Position numbers and translations under genes: made by a program. From the NCBI GenBank assembly GCA_964187785.1, contig OZ076417.1:36084001-36148000 (forward strand): 64,000 nucleotides of DNA, given 5' to 3'. The notes beneath the pieces are model-generated. The model had not been told where the DNA came from. It ran no database searches and worked only from the letters and a program-made list of their open reading frames with translations. Positions 36,096 through 47,700 of this stretch are shown here, one piece after another (within the stretch, counting starts at the first letter, position 1; each line of letters begins with the position of its first letter). This stretch comes from Amphiscolops sp. MND2022. Taxonomy: Eukaryota.

Positions 36096-38060
36096 ATGTT
36101 TTCCAACTCCTGTTTTGAAGATTCTCATCATGAAAACAGCTACCAAAATCGGCGACTGCTATTCTCAGAGTCCAGCCAGAAATCTGGCGATGAGCTATTC
36201 ATTCGAGCTAGAATCGATCTTTGGATCCTGGGAAGCTTGCTTAGCATTTTATCTCAGTTTATTCTTGTTATTTACGAATCAATTCTGGCACACCGAATTT
36301 ATCGATTGCGAGACGAACGAAATTTTGGTCAAAGTTTGATTCACTCCTTTTTGACTAAATGTTGCCTCCTATGTCTAGCCTATCTTGCCTATACAGTGTC
36401 TATAGTCTCTCAAGCATGGAATAACATTTTCCATCATTTTGCATGGCTTTTGGGAAGTGCCATGCAACTTACTCTTTTGATTATTTTTCTATCAGTTTTC
36501 ACCCGAGTTCTTCAAAAAATTACAAAAATGTCAGACAGCTTCGATGGGAAGATGAACGGTAGCCCTGGTTGAGAAAAAAATGTTCCTTGCGAGGACCTTG
36601 CAAGAATCTTTCAAGATCTAGCAAGATAATGCATTTTCTTTGCATTTCTTGGACCAATCTAGCAAGAACCTTGTTTAAAATGGATCCTTTCCAAGATCCT
36701 TGCGAGCAATGCGTTCCTTTCAAAAATCTTGCAAGAATCTTTCCTTTGCAAAGCCATACAAAGAATGCATTCCCTTGAACGATCTTACAATGATAACATT
36801 TCCGTGAAAGATTCTTGCAAGGAATACCTTTACTTGCCGAATCTTTCAAGGAATTTATTAAATGCAAAAATCTTGCAACATTCTTGCAAAAATATCATTT
36901 TTCTCAACCAGAGAATTCACCAGCTAATGATCATTACGAGAAAAAGAATCTACTTGAAATGAAAAACGACTTGGTAGTTTCTGAAAACAGTCCGTCTAGA
37001 AAGTTAACGACAGAGGAGAAAGTTCTGTCGTGGATGGGAGGCGATAATTACCGAACGAAGACCGAGAAGTTGCGTTCATCTCGACGAAGCTCGTTCGGGT
37101 TTTCACGAAAGCCATTTTCTACCGAGAAAAACAATCATGGGAATGAAAAACAAGAAGCATCGACGTCTCAGAATAACGGGAAGCTACTAGGTGAATGAAA
37201 ATGTTGAGAAAAGTTGATTAAAATTTTGAAATGCTACGCAACGGATGAATTGTTTGCAATTTATTTTTAAACTTTGATCTGCAATTTTTGATGGAAATGT
37301 CTGCTGGTTTTGAAACCCATTCCAGTCAAAAAAAAATTAATATTTCCAAGTGTATTTACAAAGAGATGACAATATCAACTGTAATCGCTACGAATTGAAG
37401 CTAGGTATTTCTCATTTTTTCCCGTTTCGTAACCATCGACACTTATAAACTAAACCCAATTCTGGGAAGACGTTTTGTTCTTAGCAGAACTGCCTATTTG
37501 TATTAGATTTTCAGACTTTGGGTGAAAGTTTTATACAGCTAACCTCAATTTGCCTAAAATGCTTTCGTAACACACTATGCAAAACGTATTCAAAATAATT
37601 ACAATTGTACAATGTAGTGCTGCAAAAAATAGATAAATTATTGAAGGGTTTTTCTACGTCTCAAAAAAGTGTTCACAGGGTCAAAATCTCAAAGACGTTC
37701 GCAGCCTCAAATAAAAAGTATTAGCGCACTCGAATTGAAGCTTGTTGAGCAAAAACTGTGAAACAATCTGTATCTTAAGACGAATTTTCTGTTCACCTAG
37801 TTTCGGTTTCTGAAGTCGGGTCTCAAGCCGAGAGCGTAAAGTCATTGGTCACGAAAGAGCCGAGAGCCTTGCCTCCGAAAGAAGTCATTCGACTAGAGAT
37901 TGCAGCGTCTGAAAACGAAAGCGAACTGGAAATGTGTGATAGCAAATTCAGCGAGGGTCTTTCAAGTCTGAATGAAGATTTCTACCAATTTGAAAAACGG
38001 GTGGGGATGAAAAAGAGTGAGAATGATGATGTCGACAAAAATGCTGGAGAAACAGTTTGA
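36096..38060 (+). CDS. Unassigned multi-pass membrane protein with a long low-complexity C-terminal tail (5' end uncertain)
   Basis: Three ORF segments join in frame through canonical phase-1 GT-AG introns: ..36558 | 36912-37190 | 37801-38060. Exon A encodes about three hydrophobic helices. A family B repeat sits in the first intron. Confidence 0.6.
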
Positions 38061-38759
38061 TCTAACTTTCTATTCATTACCTTAATTCTCCAGTTAATGC
38101 AAGTTTCGGTTCAAATAAAATTTTGATCAGTCTTTTTTCCTGGCACGCCCTAGTCGAGATTGCTTGAACTTTTTACATGCTGCATGGAAACATGCAGGCT
38201 AATTTTTTATAAAACATGGAAAATTCCGGGACCGTGCATGGAAACATTTTGTAGGATTACAATGCAGCCTTCACTATTTTAATTAAAACTGAAAACAATT
38301 CCACTTCTTCGCCCCAGCGATCACTTTTTTTCACGCGTAAGTTTCTCATGTAAGTACCTTATGTAATCACCGTTAGCCAAATAGCACGCTGAATAAGACG
38401 CTACTTTGAAACTTATAATGTGACTGAAATTTGTTTACATTGAAAGCGCGGAAAATTGATTAAGGTCTCAGCTGCTTTCAAAATTAGAACGCCGTCATTT
38501 TGAAACCTGCAAAACGTCGCGGCGCAGAATTGCCGCCAAATTTAAGATGCATTTTATAAGCAGCTTGATAAAATTAAATCGAATCAGTGAAGACTTAATG
38601 CATGGACATTTCTTTGAGAATCTTAAAAAATCATTGAAAATTAGCTTGGTATCTTACAAAAACGTAAAAAATTCAAGCAGTTCCAACCAGGGCGTTTATT
38701 TGCTCATGTTGGAAAAGTTTTCTATATTCCTTTTATGTACGCAAAGCTAACTGTTGTTC

Positions 38760-39400
38760 AAAAAACATGGAAATTTGTCTGAGCTTGAAATTTTTATTGA
38801 AATTCTTTCTCCTTACAATACTAGAGCTTGCATTTTGTTTTCTGAACTGTGTTGCTCATCGGTTCGCTCACTTTTTTCGGTGTATTGTTTTGTTCGTGTT
38901 TGTCGTTATAATATGTTTGGTTCAAGCCACTGCTAGTTGTGGTTTTGTGTCGTACTTACTTTCGAGTTTGTTTCGGTTTTGTTTTCCTTCCAGAAAAGAA
39001 TATGGCACTTTAAGTCCGGCATCTTCTGTTAGAATTTGTAATATCTTCATGACCGCGTTATCAAACTCGCAGTTTTCCCTAGTTTTTAATATTATGCCCA
39101 TACAATTTCACCTGTTTCTTTGATTTTTGTGTGATTCCGAAGAAACCGGTTTTTGGTGTAGAATTTGCTCCGTTCCGGTTTGTAATGTAACCAGAAAAAC
39201 GAATATACCTGATTGATGCCCATTCGATTTGGGTTGTTGTCTCTAACGGTTTCTGTCCTTTCCACTATCGCTGCTTCGCCCAATATCCCGATGAATACAC
39301 CTTTGATACGGAGTTCCATATCGTCTCTGATTTCTTCGATTCCTTCTTCCTCGGTTGTAATTGTGTTCAAGTCGTTGTCCGAAGTTTATCTTTTTTAGAT
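38760..39400 (-). pseudogene. Degenerate ORF remnant, possibly retroelement gag-like
   Basis: A protein-like 92-aa piece (39092-39370) flanked by in-frame stops and frameshifts; no diagnostic motif recognised. Confidence 0.3.
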
Positions 39401-39790
39401 GAAACGTCTCCATCATAGTTTTGTTTTGGTATTTTCTCTTTTCTTTGAATATTGGTAAAATTATTTTTGGTGGGGTTTTGTTGTTTTTATGTTAATACTC
39501 TCATTCGTTTCCTGGATTTCAACCTTCTTTGCTTTGCTAACTGCACCATCTTATTTCTCGTATTTATGCTAAAGAATGTGAATTATGTTCGAATCTGCTC
39601 GCTGTCAATCAAAAGTGTAGTGAATTATCGCATAACAACTACGTTTGCTTAGACTAGGCAGGTGCTCAAGTGTCAGGTCTTGAGGCTTCCACGCGTCAAA
39701 TGGCACACAGGACGTTTGCTTTTAGGACATTTGATTCTAGTGTTATTGCTACCAGAGTCGTTTCGCAACTAATGAGTTTGCTGCTATTTC

Positions 39791-40335
39791 TTAGTCGGCG
39801 CTTTCGTATTCTTTTTAGTCGGCGCTTTTCGTAGAAAACGCAGACTATAGCAGTGACTTTTTTCTTTTTTAAGACCAACGAAGTGACAGATTTCATAAGC
39901 TTTATAAGCTGCGTCCACTAACTGCCACACTTGTAACTTCTACTGCCACTTACTTTAGAGATAAGTTGGATATTTTTTGATGTCTGCCAAGCAGAAGGAC
40001 GTAGGTTCGAGTCCCGCCCATGACCAAAATTTTTTTGTGCAGGTTTTTTTCGGCTTGGTGAGACTTTTTTCGCAAAATTCTTAAATGTCTCCAAAGGGTC
40101 CCCCCTTCTTTTTTTTCTATTTTGCAAAAGAATGGATGTTCATAAACACCCAAAGGCCCCCTTTAACATTTTTCGGCACTATGCGACTTACCGGAGACCA
40201 AAAAAAATTCGGATTTTTTTTCAATTGTTTCCTCACGCGGGTACTGTAGAAGAGAAAACTTGACACATTGAAGTCCTTTTGCTATTTTTGAGCGTTAGAT
40301 ATGGCGCCGACTTGGGCCGTTCCTGGCTTGTTGTT
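39791..40335 (+). mobile_element. Family A Helentron-like element (both ends present)
   Basis: 5' ttagtcggcgc hairpin region, internal GGTTCGAGTCCC B-box (about 40004), 3' gatatggcgccgacttgggccgttcctggcttgtt. Confidence 0.65.
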
Positions 40336-42206
40336 TGTTTTTAAGACCGATTAAGACAATATATAAGCTTTATAAGCTGTAACGTATTCCGGATATAACG
40401 TTCTTAGGAGTACTCGTCAAAGCTATAAAAAGTGCCGAGGAGTCCCCTTGGACAATAACAAAACCCATACCAGATTTAACGCAAACCGTATATAACGAAA
40501 TCCGGAAATAACGTATACCGGAATTAACGTTTCTTGGAGAATTTTCAGTCTCACAAAAGGGTCCCCTCTCTAGATTTTTTTGAGGCGCAAACCCGATTTA
40601 ACGCAAACCGGATATACCCGGAAGGATGCTTCTGTAGCAAGCCCCAAGAAACTCAATACCCAGAACGTTTCACATTATTTATGGCAAATGCCAACTCTAT
40701 AGCGGATTTTAAGTTCTGTTCCTCGCTTCGCTCTTTTATAACAAAATAACAATAATGTTTACTCTTCCTAGAGACCTAACAGTTTTGCGAGAATGATTAA
40801 AGTGAAATCTCCGGAACTGAGTCTTCTGTGGATCGACCCGTTCACACCGTAACTTTTTGATTGTAAAATAATGACCAAAAATTCACAAAAAATATCTCTT
40901 GCTTGCCGGGATTATACTTTAAAATTGCAAAAACTATCGTATAATAAAATATAAACAATAGTATTATATATTTCCAAGAACCTGTCGTGGAATATGTGTC
41001 CAATGGTCCCTTCTACGTGAGAAAAGAAACCCGCTATCTCCAACATTTTTTTCGTTGCACCAACAAACAAATCCATTCTTCGGATGGTGACATCAAAATC
41101 TTTCGCTTACGTATCTTTCTGGCTATAGAAATGAAAAGTAGATAAATTTATCTGGTTGGCTAAAATAAGACAATTAAACAAATGATTTTATTGAATTCAT
41201 CCAATTCTAAATACTCCAGATGACTTTCTTTGGATTTCAGATAACCCAAAAAGCCAATAACAATAAAATTTTATCCAAATCTACTAACATGATGATAAAT
41301 TCGTGACATTTTTCACAAATAAATAGAAAAAAATATTCGAGGTCCCGATTTGTTGCAGCCTTTCGTGTGCATAATTTTTTGGCAGACAGAAATGGAGATG
41401 TTCTAAATAGCACCAATGTTTGCGTAAACCCAAAATGTCGCATAATGGTTCGTCAAGTGCTAAATTAAGCATACACAAGTAAGTAGGTTCATATACCCTA
41501 ATTTAGAGCAAACTTCATTTGTTTCAACGAGATCATATGATGTCATAAAAACTTGTTCGAACTTTGCTTGAAGAATTGGTTTAACAACTCAAGATGATAC
41601 TCATAATCATTGCATTCAAGTTGAAATCAGAAATATTTAAGAATTTGCTTGATTGAGATGATAGTGATGATAATGGTTGGGGGAAGGGTGAATGTATTTG
41701 TAAGCAAAAATGTAATTTTTTGTCACGTTTAAATTTCCTGCACTCTTTTATCGAGCTTGATTTAGCCCAGTCAAACATGATAATCGAAGATTTGATTGTA
41801 AGACCAAATGAAACATGTTTTGTTCTTTGAATAAAAAACTGCTTTCTTCGATAGTCAAAAAAGTCTCATCCATCTCGAAAAGCCGAAATATTATTCTCAC
41901 ATCGTGTCATGACCTCAGTCCAAAAGGTCACGAAGCAGGTCAAAAGTTCATGATGCAGATCAAAAGGTCACGCAGTGCATCAGAGGGTACTACATCTAGG
42001 GTCAGAGTTGATCACGTGATGTTGCTGGTTAAGTAGCACCTGAGTGTTTTTGTGGACGGGTGATAACCTTGGGGTCATCTCGAAAGTCATCTTGGAGTTG
42101 GGATCAAGTATCTTTAGCTGTCCCTCACCTTTCACGCTGAGCTCTGCGGTGCATGGTTGGCGTCACTTTTACATGTTTAGAAGTATTTTGACATCTGCAT
42201 TCGGAA

Positions 42207-42600
42207 AAGGTGAGCAACGGCATAAGTCGGCGCCATACCTAAGGCTTAAAAAAAGCACAAGAACTTCAAAGTGTCAAGTATTCTCTTTTACAGTACCCGA
42301 AAGACCCAGAAGTTCGACCGAACTGGCGCGATAAAAGGGGGAACCTTTAGGATTTTTTAACATCCATTCTGTTGCAAAAAATCAAAAACATTTGAAGGGG
42401 GCCCTGTGGAGATTTTAAAAAATTTTCGAAAGAAAAACGAAAAATGAGAATTTTGAGCAGTCTCATAGTGCCAAAAAATCTGAAAGAGGAGACCCTTTAG
42501 TGTCGCTCGGTATTGTATGTAACGCTAAAAAAGTAAAAACCTTTTTGGTTCAGTTTTCTGGGCCAAATGGTTCAATTTGACACCTTAAAATTTTGTAGAA
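42207..42600 (-). mobile_element. Family A element, partial
   Basis: aagtcggcgccatacctaaggc terminus and agtctcatagtgccaaaa body motif. Confidence 0.55.
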
Positions 42601-42762
42601 ATTTTTAGAATTATTTTGGTCAGTTCGTGTGCATTGAAATAAAAAAAGTCAGTAGTATAGTAGTGTTCCACTTCTAATCGACCTCTTTAGGGTCGCGTTT
42701 AGAAGAGATAGATTTAGAAGTCGCGTTTCACTTCTAAAGTAGCTAATCTACCTCATGTTCAA

Positions 42763-43317
42763 CTACCTCCTACTGTCGTAACCTTCATCATCAGTTTGAT
42801 TAGAGTCCACTGAATTCTCTTTACGGTGTTTTATCCGGTTACTACTCATTGCTACTAATCTGGAGAAGTCTTTCTGAACATCATGAGCCGCTTGGCTAAT
42901 ATTTTCTGGACACAGTCCATTTGACCGAAAGTACCTCTGAGGGCGTACTTGACTAAAATTACTCGGATGAGGTCCATCTGACCGAAGGTCCAAATTTGTG
43001 TTTTTAGCTGAATTTTGGCATTTTTGATGCTCGGAATCACCTTTTCTTCAATTGCAGAGTTGATTACATCTAGTATGTGTGAATTTAAATCTAACACTGG
43101 TTTTCAAAAGTGACTTAAAAATCCCTCCAATCAAGTTTGTTTCAACTTGCTGTCTCCTATACTCTAAGTCAAAATCTGCATCACAGGCATTTTCGTCTCT
43201 AACTTGATCATTTCTTTGAAAGTTCCCTCACATAACATCAAGGTTTTCAATGTCTGACATTACGTCAGACTGCTTTGAACGTTTCTCTCTTGCCTTTTGT
43301 TTCCTAGTTGAGGGCAT
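42763..43317 (-). pseudogene. Degenerate orphan ORF (MPSTRKQKAREKRSKQSDVMSDIENLDV...)
   Basis: ATG at 43317, a premature TGA and frameshifts; homologous to 24627-25059. Confidence 0.55.
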
Positions 43318-44739
43318 GGTGAAGAGATGATTGGGCTAAATGGTTGAATTAACCTTATAGCTTTCAATATTAAACTGAAGGTATCTAAATGAAATCACTA
43401 GATAATCAAACGTTGAAAACAATACTATGATCAGTTTAGACTGCAAGTCAAGTTTAAGATTTCTGGTCGTCTTGATTCAAGTATTCGTATCAAAAGTTGT
43501 GTCCTCGCGGATTAAGCGTCCTGGTAAATATAGTCCAAGCACCGTGACACGCAATATTTTGGTGGTCATGATATAAATATAGCAAATGATGTCATATTCT
43601 AAAAATAGCGATACCCCAGTATAACGTCATAATATCTATAAATAGAACATAACGGTCTGTGACGTGACGTCACCTTGCTAATAGGTTTCTAGAAGGCACA
43701 TTGAAGGTGGATATAAATACATGTGCTAAAGTGGCAACACTTCATGTTTCACTAATACTACAAAACAAACATTTGACTAAGCGTCAAAGTAACTGCATCA
43801 ACAAACTATTAAGCTACATATATTTGAAAGTGGACGTAACGTCCTGTTGACCATAGTAAACAACTAAATGGATAAGCACTGCGTCTGATTAACTGCTGGT
43901 ATGACCATGCGTCAACTGGACTGCAACGCGGTATCAGTTGAACGCGTGTCCAATTTGGCAGTAAAAAGCACCGATTAAACAGCATTTACAGTACTCAAAT
44001 TTATTCACTGAAGTTAACAATGATACCTATCCAACGCAATTTTAGGTCTTGAGTAATTGTTTACAATCGCATTAATGTAACATTTCAATTAATAGCTTAA
44101 AAATGGTAACCTCAAAATACAAGTACTATTGGTATGCCGTCATTTTGACTTTAGGTCAAAAATAGCATTTGGCGGAATTACGTAATTAGTAGCTACAATT
44201 CAGCCAAATTACATATTTTGAATATAAAAATAGCACAGTGAGTACAAGGCGAGTGTTTTAAAGGTTGTTTGAGATAGGTAATACCCCAGGTGCGGGTAGC
44301 GTCTCGTAATTTTTCGGCATTACTTGGTATAGGGTACCATCGCAGGCGGCAGCTTGCGACACATACTATCAGAAGAATTGCTCCAACGCGGAAATGAGTC
44401 TAATCAAATTTGCGGACACAGCTAAGGGCATTATTAAAGCCACGCAAATTCTTACTACATCTTGCAAGATCCATGGCAAGATTCTTACTAAGATCTTACC
44501 AAAATGTATCGTTATCATACTTCTTCAGGCCAGTTTGAAAAACTGAAAATTGTCATAATAGAATGTTGGTGGTGAGGGGGATTTAATAGCCTAAAACAAT
44601 TATACAAGATGGAACTGTTTTTGAATTCGCTTATACAACCCTGGTGATTTTTAGTAGTTCAGTTGAACAATTTGTTCAACAGGAAGGTTGTTGTTTTGAT
44701 GGTCTAGACTTATCTTTTAGCTTGTTTTCACATGGGGAT

Positions 44740-47700
44740 TTACAGAACAGATGCAAAAGATATGTGTTTTGGTTTTTGTCGCCAACCATGCAGATCGTTG
44801 CCCATTTCTTCTTCAGGGGTGACTAACTGGACAGTCTGGGAGTTGATCTTCCTGTGGAATCCCCTCACCGGGGAAGTTGCAGAGGAGCCCATCCGAAGTC
44901 TCTTGTGGGCGTGGTACCCCAACACGAACAGAGACGAGTAAACTGCCACACCTGGAAAAGTAGCACATCTGGTTTCATCAGTCAGGATTGCTGTAACTTT
45001 TACTTTTTACAAGTTGCATACATGCAGTGAGAGTGATTTTCAAAAAACATACAAAATTCAGAGAACGCCGTGGAAAAGTTTGTAAAGATTCCCTGATTTG
45101 AGAAAAACTTTGTAGTAGTCTCTCGTGCTTCAAAAAAATATTTGAATGTTTTTTTTTTTCAAAATTATTGAAATTGATTTGTAAAGAGGATACGATGTGA
45201 TGGGATAATGAAACTCTACTGGCCGACTTTGGTCGGCTTTTTCAATTAGATTTTGCCGAGAAAATCATGTATCGATGTTTATAAGCAACGTTGAACTTCA
45301 AGAGATGTGATTAGCCTTTATGATTTGGTTTAATCAATTCTAACTGTAATCATAACTATGTAATCAATATCTAACTGTAATCATAAAACAATATCGCTCA
45401 GGTAGAAAATTTCATGCCGTTTTTAAATGAGTCGCATGGAGCTGTAAGGTTTTACGTATGCATTTCGTTAGTTCTGGCTCCATAAATGGAGTTCAAATTT
45501 GAGTAGATCAAAATAGGATGTATATCAGCGCCTGATCGGAAAATTCTCACTAAAAACCAAATTAAGTTTTTTGAGAGCAAATTTGGGATATTCCATTGGA
45601 AAACTTACCCGTTGTGTACCAAAGTGGAAATGCAAACATGGCATCTGCGTTCTCTGGAAACGTAAACTGGATGATGGCAAAACTGATTGCGACATTCTGG
45701 AAACCGGTCTCGAAGCACACCGCCCGGCACTGGGGTTCTTCCAGTCTCACTACCCTGGAGATGCTGTAGCCGAAGAAGAACCCTGAGAGAGCCACCTGAA
45801 AAAAGAAGAAAATTGAAAACCACGAATACTTGGTTATAATCAAGGGTTCGACTTATTTAGGACAAACTTTGAGTTCTTTTGCAGGAAAGTTCTTCCGACT
45901 CCGGTTATGGTTGAGTGAATTTGAATCATGTTCAAAGAACTCAGCAAAATAGTCGGCTCTTTTCTGCCCCCAGTTTTTAATTGGTTTGAGTGAAAATGAA
46001 ACATTTGCCCATAACAGGAAATTAGTTTCTATTGGAATGGTTTTTCGTTTCAACAAAACATTTTCAAAAATTTTGGCTGTGATTATGTTCGAATTATCCG
46101 TTTTTGGCGACTCAAAAACTAAAGATGCCAATTTCCTAATCCGCATTGCGTGGCTTCATAAGGAGAACTAGTATGAACGAAGTTTATCTACGGATCCTAA
46201 ACTGACACTTTGAAATCTTTTCACCAACTATCCAGAAAAATTCTGTGTTGGGGAATTGAAACGGACCACTTATTCAATTGAATGATATTTAAAAAATAAA
46301 AACATTAAATACATATCACAATTGTTTCCAAGTCCTTGTTGTTTCCAACAGGAGTATCAATATCTAGAAATTTACATATTAAAAAATGCTAACTAGGAAT
46401 CCGGATATGATGATATCTCTCCCTACTGATAGTATGTGGGGGTACATGATGGCGAAGCACACCCCCGAAGCTAGGAGGGTCAACACGATCCACACTCGAC
46501 TAAACTTCTTGAAGTTACCCGCCCACGTGGGTCTGTATCGACTCAGCAGGGCCCCTATCGCCACTGGGATTATCAAGGACGCTAAAAACAAAAAATTCAA
46601 TTATTTTGACTAATTGCCGGTAAAAGTAACAAAATCAGTAATCAGTAGTATCCAATTCCTAATTCTTGCAACACTGGTGATTTGAAGAATCCGTCAACCT
46701 GACAATCGACTTTTCATGCAGACCGCAAAGTTTTCTCTGGTTAATACTGTTTTGTAATACGAATTTGTTTGACATCCTAGAGTGTCTTATATTTTGATTT
46801 TTATAACTAAAAAAACTTTCAAATTATGATAGATTCGTGAAAATATTTTGGCAACGCTTCTTCTTTAATGGCAGCTCAGAAAATCAATATTTATCTGTGT
46901 CTATTGAACTGAGATAGTTTTTGTTTGAAATATGACAAGATGTCGTTTTTGCTGGCTTACAACTCTATCAAGCTTCAAGTATTGTAGGTACTTTGGCTTT
47001 TGATAAAAAGAATGAACACTTTCCCATTTAGAGCAAAGCAATTTGGAGAAGGTTTTGATCTAATTTTGAACCAGCTTCGAATAAAAGATGAAAACTCAAC
47101 TAAAACTACTGAGAATTAGGAGGCCTAATTTTGTCTCAAAACAAGCAGAATATGGTTAATAATCCGTGTCAGGTCACGTCACGTCAAACGCTGTAGAGCT
47201 AACCACAGTAACACTCACTGATTACAGAAAAATACACGAGAAAATGACTAATCTGCCTTTAGTGAAATTAACAACAAAAAAACGAGCCCTGAGGAAAGGA
47301 TGTGCGGTTCTGCATGACGGGAAACGGAGATTTTTTCAAACACCGAAAAGCAATTGTTTCTTTCTATGACATGAATGGAGAACTTCACCTATGGAAAACG
47401 CAGATAAGCATGTATTCGTAATTTCTTTGACCCTCAAAAATGTCACTTTCGGCTGCGAAAAGATTAGAGGTAAGAGGGGAAAAATGCGGTTCCTTTTAAA
47501 CGTTCATTTTTGAAAATTCATAAGCAGGAATTTGACAAGACCTATACGTGGTTTGCTGCGAAATTTGCTTAAAAGGGGTTTCTAACTTATTTTCTGCGTA
47601 AAACGTGTAAATAATCAATTACTTTATTTTTAATATCATTTCTTGCCTGTAGATTTTCGTACTTGGCAGCAACTTAAAAATTTCAACGAAACACAAATCA

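Noticed and set aside
38767-39123. Hydrophobic 118-aa ORF as a membrane protein
   Set aside because: It is the T-rich antisense of an A-rich degenerate ORF on the minus strand.
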